Below, piece after piece: positions 11,239-24,983 of a stretch of DNA of 64,000 bases. How positions within the stretch are numbered: position 1 is the first letter of the stretch; the number at the start of each line of letters is the position of its first letter. The DNA comes from Lingula anatina. Lineage: Eukaryota; Animalia; Brachiopoda. A model generated the notes under the pieces. That model was not told the origin of the DNA and made no database searches. It saw nothing but the letters and a program-made list of their open reading frames with translations. The stretch covers positions 2,356,001 through 2,420,000 of the forward strand of contig CM120640.1 in the NCBI GenBank assembly GCA_051362555.1, in the 5' to 3' direction. Made by a program: the position numbers and the translations under genes.

Positions 11239-14200
11239 CTACAACTGGAACAGTATGATGCAACAAGTATTATCATTTCCAAGAAAAGAACTACCGAGTT
11301 CACGTGCGGTACACGAGTTATGTAGCCTTCTTTCCGATCTCCACTTCCGAAGAAGTTATTTGCAATATTCAAACTGAAACATTTGAATGCTCAACTATCG
11401 CATTCCACGCTTTAACAGTGGCTTTCATATTTCAAGTTCTGTAGACGAAAACCACAAAAAACTTTTGATTCTGGCTCAAACCATCATATTATAACATTAC
11501 CTTTAAAGTATATTGCAGACGCTGATTATACACAATACTAATGGGAATAAAAAGCCAATACAGGGTTACTACATGAACAGGCTCTATAACCAATGTGTAA
11601 CTGTAAAAGTGAAAAAAGAAGTCGCAAACAAATGATACAGCTTGGAAGAATATTATTCGGTTTAACTTAAGTCGTTTTCCTACAAGCTCTATGAAAAAAG
11701 GGTTTTAATAACCCACTGGAAGCCTGTAATTGCCTCGGAGCTTATCCAGTAATGGGTTAACTACAGCCTTTTTCCTACTGACGCCAGGGGTATATCAGTT
11801 TGAAGACCATTTTAAACGCTGATTGGGGGTCAATATACTTATGTTACCCTCCGTTCAGCAGCTAGTTGCTATGGCGTCTAAACATAAAAAATATAACCAT
11901 ACATAACGGGTGGTCCTACCAATTTATTAATTTTTTTTCATTAGTCGTTCTATTTAATCATTAAAAAATAATTATGAGCTGATGTTTTCAAAATAAATTA
12001 ATATCTCAAATCGTCTGTACATTTAATGATAAAAATAAAATATCATTTATTATGGAGAAGTGATGCATATAATTCACCGAAAGCGTTGAGATATAGATTA
12101 CAGAAAAACCATTTTAAAATTGAATCTTACCTGATAGCTAATTAAGTAATTGCATTAGTAAAATTTAGTATTTGTAATACCAATTAGACGAAATTACTCC
12201 TAAACACTGGCAGATGGCGAAATATACCCAGGGAAAACAGATCATGTCTCTTATGGTTTGGGAGCTGAGTAACACTGTTTCTTTTACAGCTAATTAGATA
12301 ATAATCCTAGGAAATGTCGGCATCTAAATGTACTTAAACATGAACAACTTTTCACACCTGAAAACATTTTATTTTTAAAATTTAGGTAAATTTATAAAAA
12401 TCATTTCAAACAAGATTGACTTTCCGGCATAAAAACATGAAGGCTCATTTGTTTTTACTTGTATTAGTAGACCTGCTTCTGTGAAATACAACTGAGTGAC
12501 TTACCTACATAATATTAATTTACCACTAACATGATAACGGATCTTTAGTAATTAGCTATGTTACAGCTTCGTCATTATTTTGTACTCCTCTTGTTTGAAC
12601 AGGTGCGTTATCATATTCTCCGCTATGAAATTGCGTTTTATTTGTTTTGTTAATTTTGAAGTTGGTTGCATTTAGGCTTTGCTTTCCTGTTTTGCACGGT
12701 TTGTTTTAATTATAGTCTGGACTTTCGTGATGGTAGAGGGAAAACAACCTGGAGCAAATGGCATGCTGCTGTCAACATAACAGACCAGTAACCGATTTTT
12801 TTTCTGTTATTTATTCCCAAATACATGTCCATGAAGTACTACATAGCGGTGAGCTTATAATAATACGGCAAAGCTGTTAGATTTATAACCAAAATGTTAC
12901 TCAGACAAACCAACTTTATAAGATTTTAAGTTCTTTAGTTGCAGAGACGCCTAAATTCGAGATAACGCACGCAGGGGAAATTGATAATGGCTTTTGCAGA
13001 GGAGCGCCAACATTTAAAATATGATCAAAGACATTTGGATGTTGTTGTCAATGAATAATCATGACCAAAAGAGATAAATTGGCTTTGGGTATTACAGGAA
13101 GGCTAACAATAGCGAGCTTTTTCCATTTTTTTTCCCTCAATTAATCTTTTTTTCTTTAAAACATCAATAATTTTAGGCATGTACATTAATTGTAACCTTA
13201 AATTTTTTTCTGTCAAAAAAACTGCGGTGGTCGTTTAGGGAAAAAAATCCAATGGCATATGCTACATTTTTTTTTACCATGTTTGATGCTTCTATCCCAA
13301 AACGGTAAACTGTTATCCCGGTAATAGTAACAATAATCAATTGCTGCTAAGATATTATTGAATGATATTCGAACGTGCTCCTGAAAATTCAACAGTATTT
13401 GCCTGATCATGACTTTCACAATAATAAAACCAGATGAAATAAAACGCTGTGTGGTCATACCGCGACGTCTGCGGATGACGAAAATATTCAAATTCATGCT
13501 GGTTACGAAGTCTACACAGTCGCCATATATCGACGAATGATAAAACCAAACGACAATTCTTCTTAACTCTGGCGCCGGAACTTTAGGGGAAGATTTATGG
13601 TAGTTTACCTGCATCAGATTAAACATTCAAAGCCCTTTTATACAATTTCAAGTATGTATCTTTCGCGAAGTTATATTGTATGGCTCACATAAGTTGCAAC
13701 GTAAAAAGGTACGAAGGTTTTTGTCACCCTTCGCCAAAAACTCCTTTATTTACTGCTTAACATACATTTTTTAGGGGTAATAGATAAATCTTCAGTTTTC
13801 AGTGACTAAATTAATTAACATTTACACATGTCATTTTACGGGTGACGTCATAAAATCTTGCGATTTGGGAGTAAAAAATGAAAAATCGGTTTCTCAAATT
13901 TCTCCTTTACCTGAGCACCCACGATCACCGTTTTAATGCCGATTTAATGACATCATTGAGTACTCCAATACCCTGCCAGCGATTTTTCTTAGAAGTCTTA
14001 GTTAAGATTTTATCGTTGATAAAGCAAAGTAATGCCTTAGTTTAATGAAAATCAGTAATCAGGGGCTAATAATTCCATAGCAAAGATATTTAAAACAAAA
14101 TGAAGGCACGGGATTGTAGCCCATACACTCGTGGTTAACTCTGCCAATTTTCGTGATAAAATCTTGTTCAGGGACAAAGTTACGCCCCATACCGATTGCT

Positions 14201-14738
14201 ATCTCACTTAAAAATAGAGAGGTGTCATATTGACGATTAAAAAAGCTTTGACCCGATGTGACAGGAATGGAAGTCCTGGTTCCAGCATGATAAGTACAGG
14301 TTAAGGTTAGTCGGAGTATTGGGGTAAGTATATGGGACGAATGTCACCTGTACAAAGTAAAGGGAAGCCGACTACGGTTTCTAGCCGACTACCATTCCTG
14401 TTACACCGGACTTCCATTTCTAGAACTACCATTCCTGTAAAACCGGCTACATCTTTAAACGAACGGGCCCAGGTTTAAGAGAGACAACCCACTTCGCATG
14501 CAATTTTAACTTTACAGATAAAAATAGAAAAGTAAAAGAGATGCTGCAGTGACACACTCGTGTCTTGGGGCTGCGTATGTAATCAAATGAATTCGTTAAA
14601 TCATGACCAGAATCATATCAGCCTTTCAACAAATCATCCAGGATTTAACCTGGGCATATTATAAAGACTTCCAATCGATACCTCCGCAAGAGGGTAACTG
14701 CCCCCCCCCCCCCCCCCACCAAAAAAAAAAAAAAATCA

Positions 14739-14776
<38 letters not shown>

Positions 14777-15275
14777 ACATATGGGGGGGTTAGTGTCAAT
14801 AAATTATGATGGGCACCATCAGAGTTTTTAAGGCATTCGAATGTTCAACTACATAAGAGTTTTGGAGTTTTGTAATAAACTATAATCTTTATTAAGAAGT
14901 ATTGGTTTTCTTTGAAAATTCATCATAACACCCAACAGGATTTTAACAATGCAAAATTCAAAGTGGTACGTATGAGTATAGAGACTATATTCACCCATTT
15001 GGCAAGTATTATGCAGAGCCCCTAAAGTATATCTACCATTATACTAGTGCAAGCAAAGCTAAGCAGCATCCAGCTATTAATTTATCCCTTTGATCGAATT
15101 AATTTGGTTTCTAGAGAATATTAACTAAAACACAGTGTACCATACGTAATATTTCTACGTTCAAAAATTTTAACAACGTTGTGACAGGAGTGGCAGTCCT
15201 TCTTCCAACTACTTTTCAATGATAGTCATCCCATATACCAACCCCGTTACTTTCGACTATGTCTAACCTGTATTA

Positions 15276-15349
15276 GGGGCCATTCAAAATAGATGATCCG
15301 AGTACTAAATAATCAGTTAGTACTCGGATCACCTATTCTGAATGGCCCC
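15276..15349. mobile_element. 74-bp hairpin PIF/Harbinger (Tourist)-type MITE
   Basis: GGGGCCATTC...GATCCGAGTACTAA / TTAGTACTCGGATC...GAATGGCCCC, flanked by a TTA target-site duplication. Confidence 0.8.
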
Positions 15350-15350
15350 T

Positions 15351-15608
15351 TAATCATGAAGGACCACGGCCTTATTAAATCATGAAGGACCACGACCTTG
15401 TATAAATCATGAAGGACCACGGCCTTATTAAATCATGAAGGACCACGACCTTGTATTAATCATTAAGGACCACGGCCTTATTAAATCATGAAGGACCACG
15501 ACCTTGTATAAATCATGAAGGACCACGGCCTTATTAAATCATGAAGGACCACGACCTTGTATTAATCATTAAGGACCACGGCCTTATTAAATCATGAAGG
15601 ACCACGGA
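15351..15608. repeat. 26/27-bp alternating minisatellite (about 10 units)
   Basis: aatcatgaaggaccacggccttatta alternates with aatcatgaaggaccacgaccttgtat(a/t). Confidence 0.9.
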
Positions 15609-16514
15609 CTTCAATTCCCAGTCCTACCATTCCTGTCACACCGTCGTAAAACATAAGGATACTACTTCTTCAAGTACACACTTTTCTGTGAAGAGAATAA
15701 ATGGCCTTCGCCTCTCACGACACATTGCGTGTCGGCTAATCAGTAAAGGCAAATGTTAATAAACACATTCGGAATGTAAAGGTAATCACATTTAATTATT
15801 CAAAGACATACCTGTGAGATAATCCGTTTGACAGATTGACTCCGGTAATATTAAGCAATATATATAGAGATAATGGCTGTTATCGCTTGGAAACGTATAT
15901 GGAATCATGACATATTGTGGTTTGACGTATATTCGGAATGATCTCCTTGAGAGAACTAATCTAAAATCAACATAATAATGTACACTCAAAGAGAAACGGG
16001 AAGTGAGCATTTTAAATACTGAGTTGAAATACGAAAATATGGACAAAGAGGAGAGGGAAATACAACTCCTCTACTGTATGACCCCGCCGTAATAATTGGT
16101 AAATCTGATCAATTTTGTTCTTAAGTTTTCACCTGGTCACCCTCTTAATGCATACATAGATTCTTAAAACAAGACCACAACTTAATTCGAATACCTGATA
16201 AAGTAAAATAAATAAATAGAATGAATAAAACTACCTGCCAATGCGAAGCAATGGCCATGGTTACCTTAAAAATAGTACAATACTGTGATCCCTCTGAATC
16301 GGATTCGATCTACCGATCTATATTATGTCAGCAGACCATATTGTAACCGACCACGCACCCGCTGAATATGGCAAGGTCCGCTGCTGCAATAAGCATCAAA
16401 TATCCAGACCGGGTTTGCCACCTTAGTCGAAACTGAAAGTCACAGGCAGTGACGGATTTTCCCCCAATATATGATATAATATTAACCAAACAAGCAGTGT
16501 AGAAAAATACACCC

Positions 16515-16869
16515 TCAAGACCCTTTCTGACTATTAGAAAGATACGAGCTGCCATCTTTCCATCTCCCGGTAGAACACACTCCCTGTCCCCGCCACCAGT
16601 CGTCCACGTTTTCATACCACGTGTGGTGGTTCTCCGCCTCGTGGACCATGGCACACAGTCTACACCAGAAATACGTGTTGATCGTCCTCATCGTGCCTTT
16701 CCATCGGAAATATTCATTATAAAGATCATCGTTCTTGTCTAGCTCGTGTAAATATTCGGCCAAAGCTTTGGGCGATTCGAAGTCGTCCACGTTGATATAG
16801 GAGTGAGGGGGCGCCACCCTTTTATAATCGTCCGGGTGTGCCCCCATTGTTATGGGAAGAACGTCATGC
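16515..16869 (-). CDS. Fucosyltransferase last coding exon
   Basis: HDVLPITMGAHPDDYKRVAPPHSYINVDDFESPKALAEYL... Confidence 0.93.
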
Positions 16870-18718
16870 CTGAAAAATATAATATACATTTTACTGATTC
16901 TACAAATAATCATAAATGGAAATACGAGATGCTGCTGCACCCATCCCGAATATTCTGGCCCTGACAAAACTAAGGCCCGTGATGACAATTTTGTTAAATT
17001 CAAAATCAAAAAAAATGTATAGTTTAAAAATTACACAATTTCGAAAGCGGTGAGCTTTCATATGAAGACGCTAAAATACGGATAATGAAATAAGAGATGC
17101 AGTTCGTTATATCACGTTACCCGCTGATATAAATTTTGCCTGTCACATTGACAGAAGAAATGATGATGTAGTTTTAACAACGGGAATAACGAACAAAGAC
17201 GTATGACCCTAATTCATCTAAATCACTTCCATTAGAATACTTAATGAAATACTGTCACGGTCGGCGAACGTTAGTAAGGTGAGAATAAGGACACAAACAT
17301 ATGTAGAGTGACGTGTGTGTGTGCGTGTGTCTAGATCTGTGTTCGTGTGTGTACGTGTGAGCGTGTGTGTGTTTGTGCGTATGCGTGTCTGTGTGTGTTA
17401 TTGGGGGGCGGGGGAGGGCTGAAATGCATATCAAACAATTAGCAATGCATGTGTACCCAGGTTACATGGAAATCAATAATTATACTACAGACAGATTCAA
17501 CTCTGCGTCACCTCGCTGTATATGACATGAGCACGAGATGTTCTCTTTAATACACGGTGCAGTACGCAGAGGCGAATCCAGGATCATTTAAATGGGGGGG
17601 GGTCCGCGGATGCAAAGCTGACCCCCCCCCCCCCCCCCCACACACACACATACACACACACACACACGTGGCGGCCCGCTGAAGGTTTGGTATTTGAGAG
17701 GGCGAACGGTGCCATTTGGTACGGTTTAGAACTATGATTCAGCTAGTCAAAATTCTAATTTCAAGAGGGGACCAGAAATCGAAATCCGCCACCGAGTACT
17801 CCATGCTATATAGGATAGTAACCGCAGATTCTATGAGCCAACTCTTGTGGAACCTACACTCAGTGCGGTCGTGTAAAAGAGTCATTAAAACAATATGCAT
17901 TCTCAGTTGTTTGGGATGCCCCGGGCTGATATGTAAATCGACACGATAGACCAAGATATGTCTTTTTGATGATACCAGATAGCTGTAGGTTAACAAACTT
18001 TTATTTTCCAGTTGAATATACCATCACGTGACATAGACTTCAATTGTTTACATGGAATTTCAATGCAAGGTAGACACAAGACACGAAAAAACCATGTGAA
18101 TGGTAAATGATTATGACCCTGTGATATTCAACTACTATTTCATATTCAACTATATAGGGTACTTAAACATGATAACATGCATGAAATTGCAATAAATTTC
18201 ACAGCCATTATATGCTGGATTCATATATTTGCAAAAATTACCACCTTCCTGGAGGGTAGATAATATCACATTAATAGGACTATAGCGAGCAACCTGTCGA
18301 CAACAACTAGTCAATTATGGGGTGCCCACATGTACAATTACAGCTTTACTTGCCTTTATTATTATAATTCAAATTTTTGATAATATTTAAAGTTCAATAC
18401 GTCGACATCAAAAATGCACCCTCTTCTTTTTGAATTTCAGACACTGTGTCTTGGACCAAAAACGAAAAAAAAAAAGAGGAGAGAACGAGCGAGATGTTTC
18501 GATGCCCTATAGTTAGAACTATAATCATAGGAGAATACGAATTTACTTTACACAGCTTAGAAAGTGACGGATTTGTCGAAGCTAATAGGATCTGTATACC
18601 TTTGGAGAATAAAATGCTTTTACTATTCAAGCGTTTTAAGAAACTCCGAACTTTTTGATCCAGCTGGGTTAATGCGAAAAATCAGTACTGGGAAAGCTTT
18701 AGCCAAGCCGTCAATCTT

Positions 18719-18768
<50 letters not shown>

Positions 18769-21700
18769 ATCTTAACATGCATGCATTCGTGTATGTGTAA
18801 CGCATGTATGTTCAATTTATAAATGCAATATTTGGTTGGGTTACAACATACACGCCAGATATGTTTTTGTCCTCCTCCTCTTAGATAATAAAAAAGGGAA
18901 AAAAACTTAATTGTTTCATTTGATCCGTAAGTGTATAAAATATGTATTAAAAACAGATTAGCAGCTAAGCTGCTGCTACATTGTATGATGCTCGGCAATG
19001 CGTAGTTGCGTGACGTGCTGGATATAGACCTATGTAATTTTCGTTTCAAACAGGATTCGGACCGTAATTTTCAGGTACTAGTAAGAGTGGGTTAAAATCA
19101 GCCATGCGGCGCGCACTATCTGCATGTGATTAACTAGGACGGTTATTATTATTATTATTGGCAAAATGAGTAGATCTGCGATCCTTCGGTAAAACAATAT
19201 GAGGTACTTCGCTCTCATCTCCATATTGCCTGGCTCTATGTGCAGTTTGAGAAAGTCAAAGATAGTATCTAATTATAAGCGCTTGATAGCAGCAGGGGTG
19301 TTTTCTATCCAACATGAGCACCAATTTTCTGTTAAAACGCTATCTCTCTCTCTGCACATTATTTCCGCTCCAAATGAGATCCCGATCATCTTGATTTAGA
19401 GAGATTAATAGTCAGAATAGCAATGAAAGGCAGACTGCAGCATAATTCACTATGATTATGAAGTCAACATGTGTAGTTATAGTGGTTTTGACCGTAAAAT
19501 CACCATAATATCACCAATTACATCCCGTTGATCGGTCGTATTAATCTCCCAGAGGATTTTATTGTCATTCTGGGGAAAAAAAAAGAAAAAGAAATGTCAC
19601 GGTACTTATTTTCACGTCTGTACGCTGCCACGGAACCCGAAGTGCTGTCCTAAATTCCGAAGTGCGTTTTAACACTTGTATAATACAGGGGAAATTACTG
19701 AAAATATTCAGCAGTTGAAGCCCTTTTATGCATGACAGCTACGAATAAAACTCATTTTAATGGCCCATATAATACTTACATGAAAGGTATATATTACCAG
19801 TAACCGTCTTTAGCTGAAATGCGTCTTAAGCTGAAGGCAATCACCATTTTTGTGTGTTTTAATTGTAATTTTGTGTGCATACGGTATCGACATTTTTGCA
19901 TGGTAAAATATTAGATTACAATATTGTTCAAATGCTATCGGGGGGGGGGGGGGGGGGGGGGGGAGGGTATAGCTTTGTAACAATCTAACTTAGATATATT
20001 CTAGATTCTTTTATATAATTATATCAATGTTTTATTTTATATCTGATCGAGGTTTGAGCGCTGGGTAAGTTAAAATGTGTGTGTGTGTGGGGGGGGGGAT
20101 GAGTGTGTCTGTGCGTGAGCGCGTGCCCATGAGTGCGTGTGTGTGTGAGTGGGGGAGGCATCCTTAAGTGTTGACAGATAATAAACACATTTTAAGACAT
20201 AACACAATTTCATACATCATAAACACGACAATGCCTTAATCAGCAGTGTACACATAATATCAGGATAGAATCGACGAGCTACAGAATAGGGAACATCTAA
20301 TAACCAAGGTGATAAAACGGCCAGGCAGGTCAATTAGCAAGGCAACAGGACGTCAGTCTTAACTCCTAGAGATTTAATTCCGTCTTTTCTCTAGTGATAA
20401 AATACCGAATACTTTAAGTTGTTTTATCTGGCGGCAGTGGGTTTATCACGCAGGTAAAGAGAGTAATGGAATCAAGGGTAGTGCGAAAGCACTGATTCGT
20501 TATCTGTCAAGCATTTGCTTATCTTAGTATGCTGTATAGATAGGGCTTCCATATTTCAATCTACTGATGTGGGGATTTGCCATGGAATTTAAGAAAATTA
20601 TGTATGATGTGTATCTCATGAACACCCTTCTCTTGAAGGTTTTTGTTTGTTCCTCATTCATTTTAATTTTCACGTATTCCTGTACTGAAGAACCAAGGAA
20701 AGCCTACCTGATTCTGATTTCTTCTACTCTTTCAAACCTATAACTTAACCGGACGTCATTTCTGTCGTATACAAAAAGATTTTTTTAAATGAAGACTATC
20801 GATTTTTTTAACAAAGAGGGAGTACAACTGTTTACACAGTCTCTACCAGGAATTCAACAGAATTCCTCTTGTAACACTTGCATGCAATTGCATTTTTCAC
20901 TTCTCACGAAGCTGCCTTCGTTTTTGTTTATGACTTGGTTGGTTTTCAGAAGATAAACTTCCTACTTTGAAATGACCTTAAATAAGCTTAGACACACGAA
21001 CAAAACTACCGTTCGGTGCTGCATATTATCTCTGGGAAAATCAAATACAGAAATGGAAAGGGGAGACAGTATTCAGTATCGACTAAAAAGTCAATCATTG
21101 AGAATAATGAAACTTGATGACTGTGCATCCTCTGAGAGATACTTTTCTGTATTTCATGGTGAAAATTAGTCAGAGACAGAGCACTGAGCGAGGATTTTAA
21201 TGGATAACGATCAGAATGTTGATTCAAGTTTTATACATCTCTTAGCTTGCACCATCTGAGTGAGAGTGTTCATTTCATTTTCATTTCTGCGGACAGCAAT
21301 GACCGCGGTAAGCTGAGAGAAAAAAAAATAGAAACTGAAATGTCACGGGAAAGGGGAGCTTATCTGTCCAGATGACCGCGATCATAAATGCGTCTTGCAA
21401 AATGTCACGGCCCATTTTATGGTGCTCATCTTGTAATAAAAACTGCACTGGTCCTGTGGTTAATAATTGTAAAGGAGAAAACCATATAGCCAGATATAGT
21501 AATACATATAGAACTTAGACAATAATGATGTGATGAATATGGACGGAGATAAACGAGAGCAATACGGTCGACCTGTCGATGCATTGTTTTATTTGCCAGG
21601 TTATTTATCATCCTAGCTGCACCGTGACAGAAACTAGTGCTGCTATTGTGTGGTGCATTCTATTTCTCCATGAAAGAGGAGAAATGCCACCAGATCAATA

Positions 21701-21944
21701 GTTGCATACAAAGCCTCACATATGAAATTCCGGTGTAAATCAAATAGCAGTGATGTAAATTTTAAGCGACTTTAGGCTGTGTTATGCTGAAATTGTTGCT
21801 GAATGTGTTGTCCCACGTACCATATGTTACATGTAGTATATATGGTGCACACAGATGTAATGGCTCAGATGTTCGTGTTGTGTCAGGTACCAGAGTTACA
21901 GGTGCTTTCACTTGTTCAATTGGACACAGCATGCAGTTTGGGGA

Positions 21945-21988
<44 letters not shown>

Positions 21989-23248
21989 GGGGGCTTTTCG
22001 AGAGGGAAGGGAAAATACTAGGTTTTTGCAAGACGGGGACTTGTTGAGGGACGAGCTTTTAAGGCGACGGTTTTTTCTAGCAGATGTACGTGGGCGTGCT
22101 TTAGGAGTGGTGTGTGATTTTTCTTGTTCTCAGCCACACCCCCCTGCAAACAAAACCTCTGCTGATTACATATGAACTTACCCAAGGCCGTTGACGTAGA
22201 ATTTTTCAGTTATATAATCTCGACAGTTGGAGTTTTCAAAGGACAGGTAGAACTTGTAGTCTGTGTCCAACATTTCGAAACACTTCTTATCCGATCTGGG
22301 GCACCGTTTGTCTCCACAGGCCCCGTATATATCGACCTGGATATATTTACCCAGTTCTTCTGCGTATTGTCTCCTGCCATTCCTAGCGCCACAGTTGGAA
22401 ACGAACCAAGCCACCTTTTTTGTTTTACCTGCAGCGTAGTTCTTAGTCAGTGGCTTGCTTAAGACAGACGCGTTATAAGGCACGTAGACTTCGTATGGAG
22501 CTACGATGGTCGAGTCATGCCTATACGTAGCTGTCCAGTTGATCATGTCCCTCATGCCCGAAAGACTAGGTGTATGCGAGGGGGATTCCAATAAAAACAC
22601 TATCCATACTTGATTTGGTGGCTTTTTGTGCCAGGGCCTGGATATATGATTCATAAATAATATTGCGTCCGCATCAGCGGCGTCCTGGCGGTTGTCCGTC
22701 ATATGGCACGTTTTAACGGGACACTCGTCCTTAATGAGCCTACTCTGGCCTGTAGGTACGTCCCCGGGGAGACCCGTGTACACCATCACTTTCTTTAGTT
22801 TTGTTGTTGATCCTTTGTTTTTCTTTGCTAGATCCGGGACGAAACCTAACTGAGCCACTATGCGGTCATTATCGTATTTTGGATCGTACCACACTTTCCT
22901 CACTAAATTACGACCATAGGGATTTGGACTCTTCAACATTTTTTGTATAAGGACTGAATCAAAGTCGTCTTGAGATTTGATGTTTATATCACTGTCTATT
23001 TTGTTACCCCTGTCTTCGCGTGTGTACTCATTGAGCGTCTTTTTATCTGAACCGCCTTCCTCGTCGTTCTGGAATGTTATATGATCGTGAAACTTGTGTC
23101 GTATCACTCCGTCCTCGGCGTGGTCCTGTATAAACAACCTGTCCACCTCTAATGCCCTCCATGACTCCCTCAGGTACAAGTTGACCATGACTAACACCAA
23201 GACCGTACTCAGGACCAGTACGGCCACTCTTCTAAGGTAGAACCTCAT
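16515..23248 (-). CDS. Glycoprotein 3-alpha-L-fucosyltransferase (GT10, FucTA-like), about 473 aa, 2 coding exons
   Basis: Exons 23248-22182 and 16869-16515 join in phase 2 (NGLG|HDVLPI). Type II membrane anchor MRFYLRRVAVLVLSTVLVLVMVNL. Motifs LESP, INWTATYRHDS, VAWFVSNC, YKFYLSFENSNCRDYITEKF, APPHSYINVDDF, YNEYFRWK, WCRLC. Confidence 0.93.
18721..18766. repeat. (CT)n microsatellite
   Basis: Directly visible. Confidence 0.95.
21946..21987. repeat. (TG)n microsatellite
   Basis: Directly visible. Confidence 0.95.
22182..23248 (-). CDS. Fucosyltransferase main coding exon
   Basis: Signal anchor, stem and GT10 motifs; donor GG|gtaag. The start could lie further upstream. Confidence 0.9.
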
Positions 23249-24768
23249 CGCAGCCCGGCTGTGCTGTGCTACACCAGTGCTGTTATCCTGTTGTCTCCAT
23301 CCTCCTTGTCGCAAATGAAAAGAGAAACATATATTACTAGCTGCACGACAGGAGTGTGTCCAATGCGCATGTACATACCTTATATCGACTGCTTCCTTCG
23401 TCGCGGAGGAGTCCAATCTCTTATTCACCTGGGCTCAATAGCTGCATAATACATAGGCTACTGTTGACATGAATGGTGAAAATCGATCGACTTTGAGATT
23501 CTGCTGAATTTCTACTTACTTAATCTCCTATTATGTCATGAAAACTTGAATCTGCAAGTTTTTAAAAGTGAGGACGCCCAGGTTCCGCTGCAGACGAGAG
23601 GAGGTTGGACACCTGTATGCTTAACGACCGAAGCGTGAAATACATACTCGCAGTGACCTAATTTGGGACCTGTGTTATTTGCATAGAATGTACTGACAAA
23701 TTTCATGCGCCCGGTGTTATCTGAGTAACGTGTAAGGACAGTGATCCATGCGTCACGTTTATGTTGGTAGAACGCCTTTAACGCAAAATCTCAAGTCCAA
23801 AAACCTAGATTAAATCCTTGGACTCGAAGTTCGAGTTGGCTTTTAACTATTTAAATGATTAGTGGCCTATGTGGATGTATACCATGAAGGGATTTCACTG
23901 TGTAGGGCGTGGCCCTCGTTTCAAAAGTGAAACTTAAGTGTCGCTAAGGATTTCGACATGCTTTATAAATTGTAAGCGCTCGAATTCTAGTGATGAAAGA
24001 TTTTAAGATGAATGCGATCACCCGCGGTTTAACTATATAGAATTGTCTCCAAAAACGTTTTACTATATTTCTGAACTGCCTAGTTTGATCTAGTTTCAAC
24101 CGAAGATTTGGTTTATTGCGGTCTGTGGTAAAATGGCAGTCAATAGTGTCTCATGCGGTGAAGTCGTGTCTTAATTATATATGTTATCAGTAGCATGTGA
24201 AGCAGATTGTGAAGCCTATTGTGAAGCGTATATCTTAAAAGACAATATATCACTTAATTTACTGAACTGCTCAATATACTGGCGTTTAGCTTGATCATGA
24301 ATAGTTTAACGTGAAAGCTAGATCCGATTAGCCTTATAACAAAATCACCCTTCCACATAAGCGTTATACAGGATTCACTGGCCAAAATGAATTTTCCTCG
24401 AGGAAAAAAGCAATTTTTTCCTATTTATAATTCATTACAAGACCCGTCTCTGGTCTTTAATTTGACGTTTTACTCTTTTTTAAAATAGATGATTAAGTGC
24501 TAAATCACTGATGGATCATTTGGAACGCCATATCTTCCTGTACATTTCAGTAGGAACTATGAGCGTCATGTGCATTTATTTGTGGGGTTTTATAGTTTTT
24601 AAATGTGGTTTTACAGGCGAATGCTCTAAATCTCCTACATCGATCATGTTTCCAATGAAGAGGTCCTTAAACAGACTGACCAAAAAAGAAAACTCCTCAA
24701 CACCGTCAGAGATAGACGACTGAAGTTCTTGTAACATTCCATCAGAAAAGGGGGATTGGGGAATCTAA

Positions 24769-24983
24769 GGCTCTATTCCCATAGATTTTAGATCGATCTA
24801 TCCCCGCGGGGAGTCTCACTAGATTACTTTCAGATAATCCGACTTAAATGTCCGTCCCACCTACTACAAGCTGTAAGGAGGTAATTAACTTTCGTGTCCG
24901 CCCGGCTGACAGCTATTTAGCGTGAACCCCCAGGGAGTTAGGTCGATCTAAAGTAGGTCGATCTAATCTATGGAAATGGGGTG
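24769..24983. mobile_element. Diverged Tourist-like MITE
   Basis: GGCTCTATTCCCATAGATT...GATCGATCTA versus TAGGTCGATCTAATCTATGGAAATGGGGTG; TAA on both flanks. Confidence 0.55.

Larger units (their letters stand above)
14254..15643. mobile_element. Inverted-repeat (MITE/foldback-like) complex with motif GTGACAGGAATGG
   Basis: Forward copies near 14257 and 15181. Reverse copies (ACCATTCCTGT...ACCG) near 14391, 14428 and 15626-15643. May be one 1.4-kb element or two smaller ones. Confidence 0.55.

Noticed and set aside
13213-14215. ORFs of 137 and 64 aa, possible decayed transposon
   Set aside because: No recognisable transposase or RT motif and no termini I can define
15351-15608. CRISPR-like look of the short regularly spaced repeats
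   Set aside because: No unique spacers, no cas genes, eukaryotic context; it is a minisatellite
18564-19049. ORFs with SLSLSL/RERERE runs (also CVCVCV near 21.9 kb and 39 kb)
   Set aside because: Translations of microsatellites
23249-23428. N-terminal 60 aa of the 416-aa ORF taken as the real start
   Set aside because: Begins at a non-ATG codon and crosses an intron-like pyrimidine tract; the ATG at 23248 fits type II topology
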